Part shown: piece by piece, positions 27,545 to 37,958 of the stretch
Layout: every line of letters starts with the position of its first letter
How positions within the stretch are numbered: the stretch's first letter is position 1
Source of the DNA: Candidatus Sungiibacteriota bacterium
Lineage (GTDB): Bacteria; Patescibacteriota; Minisyncoccia; Sungbacterales; JACQCQ01
Direction: 5' to 3'
Length of the DNA: 64,000 nt
NCBI GenBank assembly: GCA_016201505.1
Contig: JACQCQ010000009.1
Coordinates: 1,991 to 65,990, forward strand
Position numbers and translations under genes: made by a program
Notes under the pieces: model-generated
Databases searched by the model: none
What the model saw: the letters and a program-made list of their open reading frames with translations, nothing else
Told to the model about the DNA's origin: nothing

Positions 27545-27988
27545 ATGAAATCATTTTTTTCGTTTATCGAATCATTGCGAAACAAGCCCGAGCCCGTGCG
27601 CTGGGCGGCGGTTTTCGGTATCACCGCGGTTTTGAGTATTTTGCTTATTTTCGGCTGGATCTCAAGCGTGAAGCAAAAATTTACGCCTATGAATCCAGTT
27701 GATTTGATTGCCATTTTAGAAACGAAAAGCCAAGTAGCCGCCGAGCCAAAACCCGCCGAACCGTCTTTTTTTGATAATCTCTCGGAGACTTTTTCGAGTC
27801 TCTTGGGAAAAACGGCCGGGCTCTCGGCCGTCCACGAGGGCATCGTCAATGAAAAGCCAGCGCGCGTCGAGACGGTCGCTGCGGTTTCCGCTCCGGGGTT
27901 TATGGCCCGTCTCGTGACAGTCGTTCAATATAATGTAGGAATTATGATGGAGATGTTTCGGAGCTTCGGCAAGTCGTTCAAGTTTTAA
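27545..27988 (+). CDS. Hypothetical membrane-anchored protein
   Basis: Single N-terminal TM helix; no recognised motif. Confidence 0.4.
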   Translation: MKSFFSFIESLRNKPEPVRWAAVFGITAVLSILLIFGWISSVKQKFTPMNPVDLIAILETKSQVAAEPKPAEPSFFDNLSETFSSLLGKTAGLSAVHEGIVNEKPARVETVAAVSAPGFMARLVTVVQYNVGIMMEMFRSFGKSFKF

Positions 27989-28010
27989 GATTGAGAAATC
28001 TCGTTGAGTC

Positions 28011-31000
28011 ATGGATATCGGCGAAGTAAAAAATCGAGAAATAGTGGCGGAAATGCAGGAGTCGTATTTGGATTATGCGATGTCGGTTATTGTCTCTCGG
28101 GCTCTGCCCGATGTACGAGACGGATTAAAGCCCGTCCATCGCCGCATTCTCTATGCCATGCATTTACTCCATTTAACGCGCCAATCCAAACATCGAAAAT
28201 CGGCATTGGTGGTTGGCGAGGTGCTGGGTAAATTCCATCCGCACGGGGATGTGGCGGTGTATGACTCAATGGTGCGGCTGGCGCAGGATTTTTCGATGCG
28301 GTACCCCTTAATCGACGGGCAGGGAAATTTCGGTTCGGTGGACGGCGACGGAGCCGCCGCCATGCGGTATTGCATCACCGGCGATACGCGCGTTGTCACA
28401 GATAAAGGCCTTATTCCAATCCAAGAAATTTCCGAGAGCGGGCATGAAGACATCTCAATTTCTGTGTTATCAAAACATAGCATTCAAAATAAAGCGACCA
28501 AATGGTTTGATAGCGGATTTCATCCCACGATTAAAATCGAGACTCGTTCTGGTCAGTCGCTCCAAGGTTCATATAATCACCCTATTTTAATCTGGGCTAA
28601 AAATCCCGTAAGCGGATCGCCTGAATTTCGTTGGAAACTCTTAAGTCAATTGAAAATCGGCGACGTGGCAGTCGTTGATCGCAGGGCCGACACTTTGTGG
28701 CCTAAGGCCGAGCCTTCTCTTTTGCCATACGAGCCCAAAATTCTCGGCAGGAGACAAAAGAAAGTGTTGCCTCAATCTCTGTCTTCTGATCTTAGTTTTC
28801 TCTTAGGTTCATTAACCGCTGAAGGAACCTTAAAAGAACATGCATTGGGATTCTGCAGTAGTGACCTCAATTGGATAGAAGAGTTCAGTCAAAAATGGCA
28901 ACTGGTATTTCCCGATTGCAGATTGCATTCATTCCGGCGCAATCCAAATTCATACGGCAAAAAATCTTATTTTACTCATGAAATTCATTCTCGTCACGTC
29001 ATCGAGTTTCTTAAAAATTTGGGGCTCTCTCCGGTAAAATCAGTCGATCGACAGGTCCCCGGAGTCGTATTTAAAGGCACGAAGTCAACGGTCGCCTCAT
29101 TTTTACGAGCTTATTTTGAAGGCGGCGGGAGCATAAGCTTCAGCGGGAAAATGACAGAGTTGAGCTGTTGCTCGAAGAGTGAGATTCTTTTAAAACAAAT
29201 TCAAATTCTTCTGCTTCGTTTTGGGATCGCCTCCACGCGGCGATATGACCGCTATAAATTAACACACAAAATTTATATTCGCGGACTGGCTAATTGCCGT
29301 CTCTTCCAAGAAGCCATCGGCTTTAATTCCAAAGAGAAACAAGAAACGCTTGAAATGGCTATTCAAAGATTGCATAAAGAATACCCCGCGACAGATTTTA
29401 TTCCGTTCATCAGCGATTTTGTTCGAACGAATGAAAATCGGGCGGTTCGTTTTCGCGAGCGCAGCTTTATGCATAAGCCTAACTTCGATCGGTACGGCTC
29501 TCTTAAAACAAACGGCGAAGCAATTCTTAACCTTCTTCGACCAAGCATTCAATCGGAAATCGGATTTCTGTTTCAAGAATTAATTGAGCAGAATTATTTC
29601 TTTGATCCGGTGGTAAAAATTGAAGCGGGCGGAGTCCACAGAGTCTATTCTATTAAAGTTGAAAGCACCTGCCACTCATTTGTGGCGAACGGGTTTATCA
29701 ACCATAACACCGAAGCACGGATGGCCGATATCACCGCGCTACTCCTTGAAGACATTGATAAAGAGACCGTTGACTTCGCGGATAACTATGACGGGACGCA
29801 AAAAGAGCCGCGCGTTTTGCCGGCGGCGGTGCCCAATTTGTTACTAAACGGCACGCTCGGGATCGCGGTTGGCATGACCACCAATATTCCGCCGCACAAT
29901 TTAACTGAAGTCATTGATGCGGCCGTAACACTGATTGATAAACCCAAATCCACCAATGATGACCTGCTTGAATATGTAAAGGGACCCGATTTTCCGACGG
30001 GCGGCGTCATCTACAACGAAAAAGAAATTAGGGAGGCTTATGCCACCGGCAAGGGCTCGATTGTGATGCGCGGGGTGGCGGAAATTGGCGAAAAGAAAAA
30101 CGGCTATCAGATCATCATCAGCGAAATCCCCTATCAGGTAAATAAATCCGAGTTAATCGAGAAAATTGCCGATCTCGTAAAAGAAAAAAAGATTGAGGGC
30201 ATCCGCGATCTGCGTGATGGGTCGGATCGGGAAGGTATGCGCATTGAGATTGACCTAAAAGCCGACAGCTATCCGCAGAAAGTTTTAAATAATCTATTTA
30301 CGCATACGGATCTAGAAAAGCGCTTTCATATCAATATGTTGGCGCTCGTCGACGGCATCCAGCCGCAGGTTCTGTCGCTTAAATCGATCCTGGAGGAATA
30401 TTTAAAGCACCGATTTCAAATTGTCACGCGGCGCAGCACATTTGATCTGGCCCGCGCCAAAGACCGCGCTCATATTTTAGAAGGACTGAAAAAAGCGCTC
30501 GACAATATTGATAAAGTTATCGACACGATTAAAAAATCGGCCGATCGGGACGTAGCGCGCGATAATTTAATCAAAAAGTTTTCTTTGTCCGAAAAACAAG
30601 CACTCGCCATTTTGGAGATGCGGCTGGCCACACTTGCTGGTCTCGAGCGGCAGAAAATCGAGGCTGAATTAAAAGAAAAACTGGCCTTAATCCGCGATCT
30701 GGAAGCCTTACTAAAAGATCCAGCCAAAATTCAGACGGTGATTAAAAAAGAATTAGTAGCTACACGCGAGAAATACGGTGATGAGCGGAAGACGAAAGTC
30801 ATCAAATCCGCCGTTCGCGAATTTTCCGATGAAGATTTGATTCCCGAAGAGGAGACACTGGTGGTGGTGACCCGCGGCGGCTACATCAAGCGGGTAAAAC
30901 CGGAATCCTACCGCATGCAAAAGCGCGGCGGCAAGGGGTTGATTGGCATTGAAACGAAAGAAGAAGACGTGGTCGAACATCTAGTTTCGGCGAGCACTCA

Positions 31001-31787
31001 TTCGGATCTTTTGTTTTTTACCTCATCCGGCAAAGTTTTTCAGGTGAAAGCCTATGAGATTCCCGAAGCCTCCAGGACCGCCAAGGGCAAGGCCATTTTT
31101 AATTTCCTTTCGGTAAATCAAGATGAATTAATCACCTCGATTTTAGCTGCTCCCAAAACGCGGGCGCGCCGCGGCGAAAGAGAAAAATCGGAATTCTTTG
31201 TGATGCTAACGCGCCGCGGCGTGATTAAAAAAGTAGAGGCCTCGGCTTTTGGCGATGTGCGACATTCGGGCTTAATCGCCATCGGCTTAAAATCAGATGA
31301 TACGCTGGGCTGGGTTAAATTAACCAATGGCGCCCATGATATTATCGCGGTCACTAAATTGGGCCAGGCCATCCGGTTCTCCGAGCGTGATGTCCGAGCC
31401 ATGGGACGTACCGCCTCCGGCGTTACCGCCCTGCGGCTTAAAAAATCAGACGAAGTCGTCGGCATGGACGTGGTGATTGATGCCGGCGCTAATCTTTTGG
31501 TTATCATGTCGCAAGGCTACGGCAAGAAGACCCCCTTAAAACAATATAAGCGGCAGAAACGCGGCGGCTCGGGCATTAAAACAGCCAAAGTCGTACCCAA
31601 AAACGGCTACGTCATTTCGACTCACGTCATCCAGGCTGAAGAAACCCAACTCGTCTGCATTTCGCGCAAAGGCCAGGTCATTCGGATTGAGCTTTCGGCC
31701 ATTCCAACGCTCGGCCGCGCCACCCAGGGTGTTCGCATCATCCGACTCGAGACCTCGGACGCGCTCGCCTCAATGACGACGTTTTAA
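28011..31787 (+). CDS. gyrA: DNA gyrase subunit A containing an in-frame intein (extein ~812 aa)
   Basis: GyrA N-terminus ([21 protein letters not shown]), active-site AAMRY followed by CITGDTRV (intein N-terminus). ...FINHN|TEARMADI restores the GyrA sequence, and the C-terminal beta-pinwheel repeats follow. Confidence 0.9.
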   Translation: MDIGEVKNREIVAEMQESYLDYAMSVIVSRALPDVRDGLKPVHRRILYAMHLLHLTRQSKHRKSALVVGEVLGKFHPHGDVAVYDSMVRLAQDFSMRYPLIDGQGNFGSVDGDGAAAMRYCITGDTRVVTDKGLIPIQEISESGHEDISISVLSKHSIQNKATKWFDSGFHPTIKIETRSGQSLQGSYNHPILIWAKNPVSGSPEFRWKLLSQLKIGDVAVVDRRADTLWPKAEPSLLPYEPKILGRRQKKVLPQSLSSDLSFLLGSLTAEGTLKEHALGFCSSDLNWIEEFSQKWQLVFPDCRLHSFRRNPNSYGKKSYFTHEIHSRHVIEFLKNLGLSPVKSVDRQVPGVVFKGTKSTVASFLRAYFEGGGSISFSGKMTELSCCSKSEILLKQIQILLLRFGIASTRRYDRYKLTHKIYIRGLANCRLFQEAIGFNSKEKQETLEMAIQRLHKEYPATDFIPFISDFVRTNENRAVRFRERSFMHKPNFDRYGSLKTNGEAILNLLRPSIQSEIGFLFQELIEQNYFFDPVVKIEAGGVHRVYSIKVESTCHSFVANGFINHNTEARMADITALLLEDIDKETVDFADNYDGTQKEPRVLPAAVPNLLLNGTLGIAVGMTTNIPPHNLTEVIDAAVTLIDKPKSTNDDLLEYVKGPDFPTGGVIYNEKEIREAYATGKGSIVMRGVAEIGEKKNGYQIIISEIPYQVNKSELIEKIADLVKEKKIEGIRDLRDGSDREGMRIEIDLKADSYPQKVLNNLFTHTDLEKRFHINMLALVDGIQPQVLSLKSILEEYLKHRFQIVTRRSTFDLARAKDRAHILEGLKKALDNIDKVIDTIKKSADRDVARDNLIKKFSLSEKQALAILEMRLATLAGLERQKIEAELKEKLALIRDLEALLKDPAKIQTVIKKELVATREKYGDERKTKVIKSAVREFSDEDLIPEEETLVVVTRGGYIKRVKPESYRMQKRGGKGLIGIETKEEDVVEHLVSASTHSDLLFFTSSGKVFQVKAYEIPEASRTAKGKAIFNFLSVNQDELITSILAAPKTRARRGEREKSEFFVMLTRRGVIKKVEASAFGDVRHSGLIAIGLKSDDTLGWVKLTNGAHDIIAVTKLGQAIRFSERDVRAMGRTASGVTALRLKKSDEVVGMDVVIDAGANLLVIMSQGYGKKTPLKQYKRQKRGGSGIKTAKVVPKNGYVISTHVIQAEETQLVCISRKGQVIRIELSAIPTLGRATQGVRIIRLETSDALASMTTF
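28371..29708 (+). mobile_element. GyrA intein (446 aa) with LAGLIDADG homing-endonuclease domain
   Basis: Cys1 after MRY (canonical gyrA-a insertion site) and C-terminal HN followed by Thr+1. Internal LAGLIDADG-like blocks [10 protein letters not shown] and [12 protein letters not shown]. Confidence 0.8.
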
Positions 31788-31853
31788 AAAATGAGCGTAG
31801 AGAAGCGTCCCCGACCAAATCGGGCGTTTTTCTTTTGCGCCTCCTCATTTATA

Positions 31854-32405
31854 ATGAGATGTATGCAAGACCCTTCGTCTTTTTTAAATCCCGAACGGGT
31901 GGTTTCTTATTTTGACATCGCAAAAGGCTCGATCGTCGCTGATTTCGGCGCTGGTGCGGGGTATTACACCATTCCGCTGGCGCGTAAAGTCGGGCCGGAG
32001 GGGAAGGTCTACGCCTTCGACATCCAGCCGCATTCGGCCGACCTTGTCCGGTCGAAAGCCCGCATGCATCATATATTGCAAGTTGAAGCCTTGACGGCGG
32101 ATCTGGAACGAAATCATGGGACGCATTTAAAAGATGCAGTCGTTGATTTTATTCTTTGCTCATCAGTCCTGCATCAGGCCGAGGATAAACTGGCCGTATT
32201 GCACGAAGCCGCACGCATTCTAAAACCCGGCCGCCTGCTGGCCGTAATTGAATGGGATCTTATCCCTGCGCCCGGGGGGCCCAAGCCGGAATTTCGCATT
32301 GCCAAAGCTCGCGCGCGCGAGCTTTGCGAGTCTTCCGGTTTCATGCTCGATCGGGAATTCGAAGCCGGCACGCATCACTACGGACTTTTATTTAAAAAAC
32401 GCTGA
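31854..32405 (+). CDS. Class I SAM-dependent methyltransferase
   Basis: Motif I DFGAGAGYYT and an acidic post-I residue (YAFDIQ). Start chosen at ATG 31854; the track start 31791 overlaps the gyrA end. Confidence 0.6.
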   Translation: MRCMQDPSSFLNPERVVSYFDIAKGSIVADFGAGAGYYTIPLARKVGPEGKVYAFDIQPHSADLVRSKARMHHILQVEALTADLERNHGTHLKDAVVDFILCSSVLHQAEDKLAVLHEAARILKPGRLLAVIEWDLIPAPGGPKPEFRIAKARARELCESSGFMLDREFEAGTHHYGLLFKKR

Positions 32406-32411
32406 TCGGCC

Positions 32412-33719
32412 ATGCTGAAAAATCTCAAATCTAAAATTATAGCTTTCGCTGTTGCGGGGTTTGTCATTTTGTTGGCCATGCTGATTTTGACTGGTGTCAT
32501 TTCGCCGTTTAAAGCTAAGCCCGTCTCCGGCCAAGTTACGGTCTGGGTGCCGCCGCAATATAAGAGCGCCATGGCTCCAATAGTTACTTCTTTTCAATCT
32601 CAATACCCGGCGGTCAAGGTGACGCTAGAGGAAAAAAACGAGACGACCTACGAGACCGATTTAATCAATGCTCTCGCCTCCGGCGCGGGGCCGGATGTCA
32701 TCCTCCTGCCTTCTTCTGATATTGGTCTTTGGCAAAATAAGTTACTCCCCGCTCCTAGAACGAATGTCCTAACACTTGATCAATTTGAGTCCCAAGCCCC
32801 TGACGCGGCGATTGCCGACCTGGTAACGCAAAAAGGCGAGATGCTCGGCCTTCCGCTCTCCGTCGATACGTTGGCGCTCTACTATAATAAGGATTTGTTT
32901 AACGCGGCCAATATCATTAGTCCGCCGCAAACCTGGGATGATTTTGCCGCCGCTTCAGGCCTCATGGTGGCCCGTTTAATAAACGGCGACCTGACTCAAT
33001 CCGGCGCCTCGATCGGAACGGCGCAAAATGTAAATCATTTTTTTGAGATTCTTTCTGAACTGATTTTGCAAACGGGAAATCCGATCGCGACACTGGATGG
33101 GCATGTAACACTCGCGGATAAAACCGGCGACTCCTACCCCGCTCTTTCGGCGCTTAACTTCTACACCTCCTTCGCCGATCCCTCAAATAAAAACTATTCT
33201 TGGACGAATGCCGGCCCCAATTCGCTTGAGGCCTTCGCCCAAGGCCAGGCGGGCATGTATTTCGGCTATGCCGCTGATTTAGAGACGATTATTACCAAAA
33301 ACCCGCATCTTAATTTCAGCGTGGCGCCCTTCCCCCAGCTTGCCAAAGGCAGCCGCAAATCGTTCGCCCGCTATCCGGTTTTAGCGGTCACGCGCGCCTC
33401 GACCAATCCAACTATTGCCTGGGCTTTCATCAGTAATTTTTATACCGCGGCCAATCAAAAAATTCTGATTGACGCGCTTGGCCTTCCGCCGGCGCGGCGC
33501 GATTTGATACATTCGTTGCCGCCGAATAAAATTTTGCGCCCCTTTTATGATCAGGTGCTGTCCGGCCAGTCCTGGCCCATTCCGGATTACGGCCGCGCGC
33601 AGTCTATTTTCCGCACGATGATTGAGTCGGCCGTATCGGGCGGCTCGATTGGTTCGGCTGATGCCATCAGTCGGGCCGCAGGCCAATTAAAACTTTTGTT
33701 AAATCCCAATGGCCAGTAG
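32412..33719 (+). CDS. Extracellular solute-binding protein (ABC transporter, family 1; orphan)
   Basis: N-terminal TM/signal, MalE-like length and composition. No permease genes adjacent. Confidence 0.6.
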   Translation: MLKNLKSKIIAFAVAGFVILLAMLILTGVISPFKAKPVSGQVTVWVPPQYKSAMAPIVTSFQSQYPAVKVTLEEKNETTYETDLINALASGAGPDVILLPSSDIGLWQNKLLPAPRTNVLTLDQFESQAPDAAIADLVTQKGEMLGLPLSVDTLALYYNKDLFNAANIISPPQTWDDFAAASGLMVARLINGDLTQSGASIGTAQNVNHFFEILSELILQTGNPIATLDGHVTLADKTGDSYPALSALNFYTSFADPSNKNYSWTNAGPNSLEAFAQGQAGMYFGYAADLETIITKNPHLNFSVAPFPQLAKGSRKSFARYPVLAVTRASTNPTIAWAFISNFYTAANQKILIDALGLPPARRDLIHSLPPNKILRPFYDQVLSGQSWPIPDYGRAQSIFRTMIESAVSGGSIGSADAISRAAGQLKLLLNPNGQ

Positions 33720-34650
33720 AAAAATAATTATAATCTTTTTTAGTCTCTTGGGGCTCGCGCTGGTTGCTTCGCCGATTCTCGTCATGTCGCAAAGCTCGGG
33801 GATTGTGCCGTGCGGCAACGGCGGCGGGCTTTCTGGCTGGATACCCTGCACCTTCTGCGACTTTTGGGGGCTGTTAAAAAATCTGATTGATTTTATCGCC
33901 GTAAAGTTAGCGCTCCCGCTCGCGGTCATTATGTTCATCTACGCCGGATTTCGCTATGCGTTTTCCGCCGGCAAGGAATCAAACATTAGCGCCGCGCGCG
34001 AGATTTTAACCCAAACGGCGATCGGCCTTTTAATCGTCTTCGGCGTCTATTTCATAACCGATACTTTGATAAAAATTATCGCCGGCGGCGCGCCGAAAGC
34101 CATAGAAAATCTTGGGCCCTGGAGGAATCCTTTTGAGCCCGGCAAATCAATCTGCACGCCACCTGTTTCAGTCCCCATTTCAAAAGAACCTCCCGTTCCT
34201 TACCCCCGATCAAATGATCAGTCAATTCCTTTGCCGCAGGGAACATTGTCACGGGCTGACGCCGTCGCTCGATTACAGGCGGGAGGGGTAGATACGGGGT
34301 TTATCAGCGCCGAATGTTCTCCCGGTGTCGGTCGCGGGTGCACTTCTCTATCCGGCGTTCTACCCTCGACCATTGATGGCGCCGTCGCCCTGCAAAAGGC
34401 CTGTGATGCGGCAACAAGCGGCGAGAGATGCCAATTATTGATTACCGGGGGCACCGAGACGGGGCACTCTGACAACGGCGTTACGCACGCCAGTGGTCAA
34501 AAATTAGATTTTGCAAATTCACCCACTCTCTATCGCTACCTGCAACGCTTGCCTGATATGGGCAATGGCGTTCGGCAAGGACCGGATGGAACACTCTATA
34601 GATTTGAAACTAATCCGTTTCACTGGGATGTCGCATTCCCCAAGAAATAA
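33709..34650 (+). CDS. T4SS-pilin-like (VirB2/TrbC-type) N-terminal domain fused to a peptidase M15-like (D-Ala-D-Ala/L-Ala-D-Glu peptidase) domain
   Basis: Signal peptide, then IVPCGNGGG...CTFCDFW...LPLAVIMFIYAGFRYAFSAGKE..AREILTQTAIGLLIVFGVYFI (the pilin module). C-terminal half carries the M15-like zinc-ligand spacing ITGGTETGH...THASGQKLDF...FHWDV. Confidence 0.5.
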   Translation: MASRKIIIIFFSLLGLALVASPILVMSQSSGIVPCGNGGGLSGWIPCTFCDFWGLLKNLIDFIAVKLALPLAVIMFIYAGFRYAFSAGKESNISAAREILTQTAIGLLIVFGVYFITDTLIKIIAGGAPKAIENLGPWRNPFEPGKSICTPPVSVPISKEPPVPYPRSNDQSIPLPQGTLSRADAVARLQAGGVDTGFISAECSPGVGRGCTSLSGVLPSTIDGAVALQKACDAATSGERCQLLITGGTETGHSDNGVTHASGQKLDFANSPTLYRYLQRLPDMGNGVRQGPDGTLYRFETNPFHWDVAFPKK

Positions 34651-34671
34651 TATTTCGCCTACAATAGACCT

Positions 34672-35529
34672 ATGGAAATTTCAATCATGAAGTCGGGATC
34701 CCGACGTATCGTCGGGATTGTTTCCGCATTTTGTTTCCTGTCGCTTGTTTTCTGTATTCCGGCTTTCACATCTGCTCAAACTGCCTACCCCAATCCGATT
34801 GATCCGATCAACTCCATTCCGGCGCTGGTTGATGGTTTGGCGAATTCAATCAAGCCCATTGTTATCACCTTATCCGCCATTTCGATTTTGATCGGCGCGT
34901 TTTTGTATGTCACTGCGGGCGGGGATGAGAAAAAAATTAAAACAGCCCATGCCGCGCTGACCTATGGTGTTCTGGGCATCATCATCATGCTTTCCGCCAG
35001 CACGATTTCAGAGACCTTAAAAAGTTTTGGCGACCAAGCCAAAGGCAAAAGCCCGCAAGAGTTCCTTGACTTTATCATCAATCTCTTTGGGACGTTAATT
35101 ATGGCGATTTCGGTATTCGCCATTTTGTATGCCGCGTTTCTTTACATCACTTCTGGCGGAGATACCACAAAAGTCTTCCAAGCCAATCGGCTTATTTTAT
35201 ACGCGGTGGTAGGTATCGCTATTGCGGTACTCGCCAAGATCATTCCTAAGGCGTTAGAAACACTCCTTCCCTCCGCCGGTTCAGGCCCGATTTCAAATCA
35301 AATCAGCACGCTCGCTGGCAGAATCGCGCAGGCTTTTGGCACCATCGTGATGGCCGCCTCGGTTCTGGCCGTTCTCTACGCCTCATTCTTATTTGTAACG
35401 GTAACAGAGGATTCTGATCGGGCCACGACCGCGCGCCGCGTTCTGCTCTATGCCTTAATCGGCGTAGCAGTTGGCCTTTTGGCGTATATCATTCCAAATG
35501 TCATTTTGAAATTTGCCCAGTCGTTATAG
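34672..35529 (+). CDS. Protein with three tandem T4SS-pilin-like modules
   Basis: Signal peptide then three repeats of [TM helix]-LY(V/I)T(A/S)GGDxxK-[TM helix], for example ILIGAFLYVTAGGDEKKIKTAHAALTYGVLGIIIMLSA. Confidence 0.5.
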   Translation: MEISIMKSGSRRIVGIVSAFCFLSLVFCIPAFTSAQTAYPNPIDPINSIPALVDGLANSIKPIVITLSAISILIGAFLYVTAGGDEKKIKTAHAALTYGVLGIIIMLSASTISETLKSFGDQAKGKSPQEFLDFIINLFGTLIMAISVFAILYAAFLYITSGGDTTKVFQANRLILYAVVGIAIAVLAKIIPKALETLLPSAGSGPISNQISTLAGRIAQAFGTIVMAASVLAVLYASFLFVTVTEDSDRATTARRVLLYALIGVAVGLLAYIIPNVILKFAQSL

Positions 35530-35590
35530 TACCTTTCTGCGGCTGGGGATAAGTTTTTTCTAAAGTAAGGGTCGATTCTATATAATAAAG

Positions 35591-36013
35591 ATGCTGGAAA
35601 GTACTCAATTTTTGGTTAAGAATTTTATGAAATATCACTCATTACTCAAAATAGGCACTGTGGCGACAGTTGTTGTTTCGTTAGGTCTTTTTATCCCGCA
35701 AATCTCCGGTGCGGCTGCGGTCCCTACGCCATCGTATGCGCCAAATAATACCGGCACCATAAGTGATTTTCCGAATTTTATCTCGAGACTAGGTGGGAAC
35801 GTTGCTAATATTTTTGGGACACTTATTTTGGCTATTTCTGTGATTATGATTCTCTATTCAGCTTTTTTATTTCTCACTGCACAGGGTGATGCGACAAAAC
35901 TTACCACAGCTCGTAACGTGTTACTTTTTGCTTTGGTTGGTGTAGCAGTAGCATTGCTGGCATATATTCTGCCGAATGCTGTAAGTAATTTTGTTCAAAC
36001 AAACGTACAATAG
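35591..36013 (+). CDS. T4SS-pilin-like protein (single module)
   Basis: Signal peptide then ILAISVIMILYSAFLFLTAQGDATKLTTARNVLLFALVGVAVALLAYILPN. Possible start at 35627. Confidence 0.5.
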   Translation: MLESTQFLVKNFMKYHSLLKIGTVATVVVSLGLFIPQISGAAAVPTPSYAPNNTGTISDFPNFISRLGGNVANIFGTLILAISVIMILYSAFLFLTAQGDATKLTTARNVLLFALVGVAVALLAYILPNAVSNFVQTNVQ

Positions 36014-36032
36014 TCATACAGCAAACAAGAAA

Positions 36033-36093
36033 CCGCCCAGCTCCCCTTGCGGGGAACTGGGCGGTCTTCGTTTCGCGGGGCATCCGCGAAACG
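36033..36093. terminator. Two consecutive hairpins forming a bidirectional terminator between convergent genes
   Basis: ccgcccagctcccc-ttgc-ggggaactgggcgg and cgtttcgcgg-ggcat-ccgcgaaacg. Confidence 0.6.
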
Positions 36094-36099
36094 GTTGGG

Positions 36100-37356
36100 T
36101 CAGGATTTCGCTTGCGGCGTTACCCTGACCGTGAAGACGGCTCGCGCGACTTTGTCGCGCGAGCGCTCCTGAACAAGAAGACGCAGGTCGGAGAGCCCAG
36201 GTTTCTCCGGCAAGGGGAAACTTCCCATTGTCGGCTCGCCGTTTTGGCAGGGCCAGCGAACGTTCTCGTACTTCCATTCGCTGGTTTCCGCGTTGAACGT
36301 CGCGAGATTGGTCTCGACATCGCAAAGAGCAACCGGCAGGCCGTTACCGGCCCTTTCGCCAGTCAGTCCCTCGCGGTACTCGAGCACCGACTCCGATTTG
36401 GCGAGAATCGGCCGCGAGACCAGTTTCCACTTGGTGTCGGTCGGCTGGATGACGACGTCCTCCCGCCAAGCCTCGACCGCGATCTGCCGCGGCGTGAAGC
36501 TTGTCGCCGGCCGCGACGTGATCCAGTTGTGCCCCCACATGAGACCAAGTCCCACCAGGAGCACAAGCACTGCGAGCGCTACCTTCTGTGTGAACCAGCT
36601 AAGCACCACCGCCGTCTTGGTACCGGCTGCAGCGACTTGCCGCTTCTCTCTCATCGCGAGGATGATCAAGATGGCGGCAACGGCAACAGCGAGGAACCGG
36701 AGGATGGTGGCGTAAGGCGTCCACCAGCTGGACGAAAAGATCGTCTGCTTATCGAAGACCGTCCGCCAGCTTGCATCGCTCGGATACAGCCAACAGCCGA
36801 GGCTCACCAGCACATGGATCGCGAAGATGACAAGGACCAATTTCTTGATCCGTCGCGATCCACTCTGGTCCCAAACCCCGTAGAAAATTGCCAACCCGAT
36901 GCAGCCGAGGAAGACCATGAAGGCAACCTCGGGCCGCTCATCAACGGGGAGCCAGACTTCGGCGAAGCCGATCATCATCAGGACGCAGACGACGCCTGCG
37001 GCGAGTTGTAGATACTTTTTTGCCGACTCGATGATGATGTGGGCGATGCGCTCGTCTCGCACGGGCGACGTAGCCGGTTGCCGATTGAACAGAGTCTCCA
37101 GCTCGATACCGATCACGGCACGCCGCCACTCGAGCCAGAAGAAGATTCCCATGCCGATCGGCATGGCGACGTCGAGCGCCACGAGCTTCTGGTAGAAGCC
37201 GTAGGCTCCGGCGATTCCGCCTGCCAGGATCAGCCCGAGCGTAGCAAGAACGGCCACGAAAACCGAGTTCCGCAGCCGGCGCAGCTCGGTCAGGTGCCAG
37301 GTCAGAGCCTCCTGGATCGTGTGGATAATGGTCATGAAGGTTTGCATTAGATCCAC
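36100..37356 (-). CDS. Hypothetical polytopic membrane protein with C-terminal soluble domain (GC-rich islet; third gene of an overlapping operon)
   Basis: ~8 TM helices; its start overlaps the upstream gene's stop by 10 nt; GC-rich. Confidence 0.5.
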   Translation of the reverse strand: MDLMQTFMTIIHTIQEALTWHLTELRRLRNSVFVAVLATLGLILAGGIAGAYGFYQKLVALDVAMPIGMGIFFWLEWRRAVIGIELETLFNRQPATSPVRDERIAHIIIESAKKYLQLAAGVVCVLMMIGFAEVWLPVDERPEVAFMVFLGCIGLAIFYGVWDQSGSRRIKKLVLVIFAIHVLVSLGCWLYPSDASWRTVFDKQTIFSSSWWTPYATILRFLAVAVAAILIILAMREKRQVAAAGTKTAVVLSWFTQKVALAVLVLLVGLGLMWGHNWITSRPATSFTPRQIAVEAWREDVVIQPTDTKWKLVSRPILAKSESVLEYREGLTGERAGNGLPVALCDVETNLATFNAETSEWKYENVRWPCQNGEPTMGSFPLPEKPGLSDLRLLVQERSRDKVARAVFTVRVTPQAKS

Positions 37357-37958
37357 CTCCTCCAGCCGCGGGCGTTTCGAGCGTTGATGGCCCGGAGGCC
37401 ATAAGCAATTCGATCGATTTGCTGTGCGACCGCCTGGTCAGCCGCAGCCAGTCTCGGCAGTGTCGTTTGGGCTACCACATGGATGGCCATCTTCAGAAAC
37501 TCGGCCAGTCCATCATTATGGTAGATTCCGAGACGTGCGATGAAGTTCGCGACTCCCTGTCGGGGGTCGGAATCCCAGAGCAACTGCTCAAGCTCAGGGT
37601 AAACCTTAGCACGGTCTCGCTGGGGAACCTTCGTCAACATGTTGACGATCCAGTTCTCCCGCGTGTACGTGTCACCGACAGGGATGAATCCCCCTTCGGT
37701 ATTCATGTACTCGAGGAGCTGCACGATCCTCTGGCAGTTGAACCTGCCGAGGTCCTGTACCATCTCGATGCGGTCGGTATCGAAGATGTGGCCGAGTTCT
37801 CGGCCAAACCCCTCCGCCGCACGCCGGTGGCGCTCTTTCGGGTCGCTCGTCATCTCGGCATCAGGATTATGCTTGTGCCAGAAATGTAACCCGACCCCGA
37901 GAACGCTCCAGAACAGCGTTTCCGTCCCGACCTCTTTCAGCCAGTCAGGGATTCTCAT
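37347..37958 (-). CDS. Hypothetical protein (GC-rich islet; second gene of the operon)
   Basis: ATGA start/stop overlap with the upstream gene; His-rich N-terminus (HFWHKHNPD). No confident family. Confidence 0.5.
   Translation of the reverse strand: MRIPDWLKEVGTETLFWSVLGVGLHFWHKHNPDAEMTSDPKERHRRAAEGFGRELGHIFDTDRIEMVQDLGRFNCQRIVQLLEYMNTEGGFIPVGDTYTRENWIVNMLTKVPQRDRAKVYPELEQLLWDSDPRQGVANFIARLGIYHNDGLAEFLKMAIHVVAQTTLPRLAAADQAVAQQIDRIAYGLRAINARNARGWRRWI

Noticed and set aside
36112-37011. 299-aa plus-strand ORF and other plus-strand ORFs across 36100-38550
   Set aside because: Antisense to the three overlapping, SD-bearing minus-strand genes; Arg/Asp/Pro-rich shadow frames.
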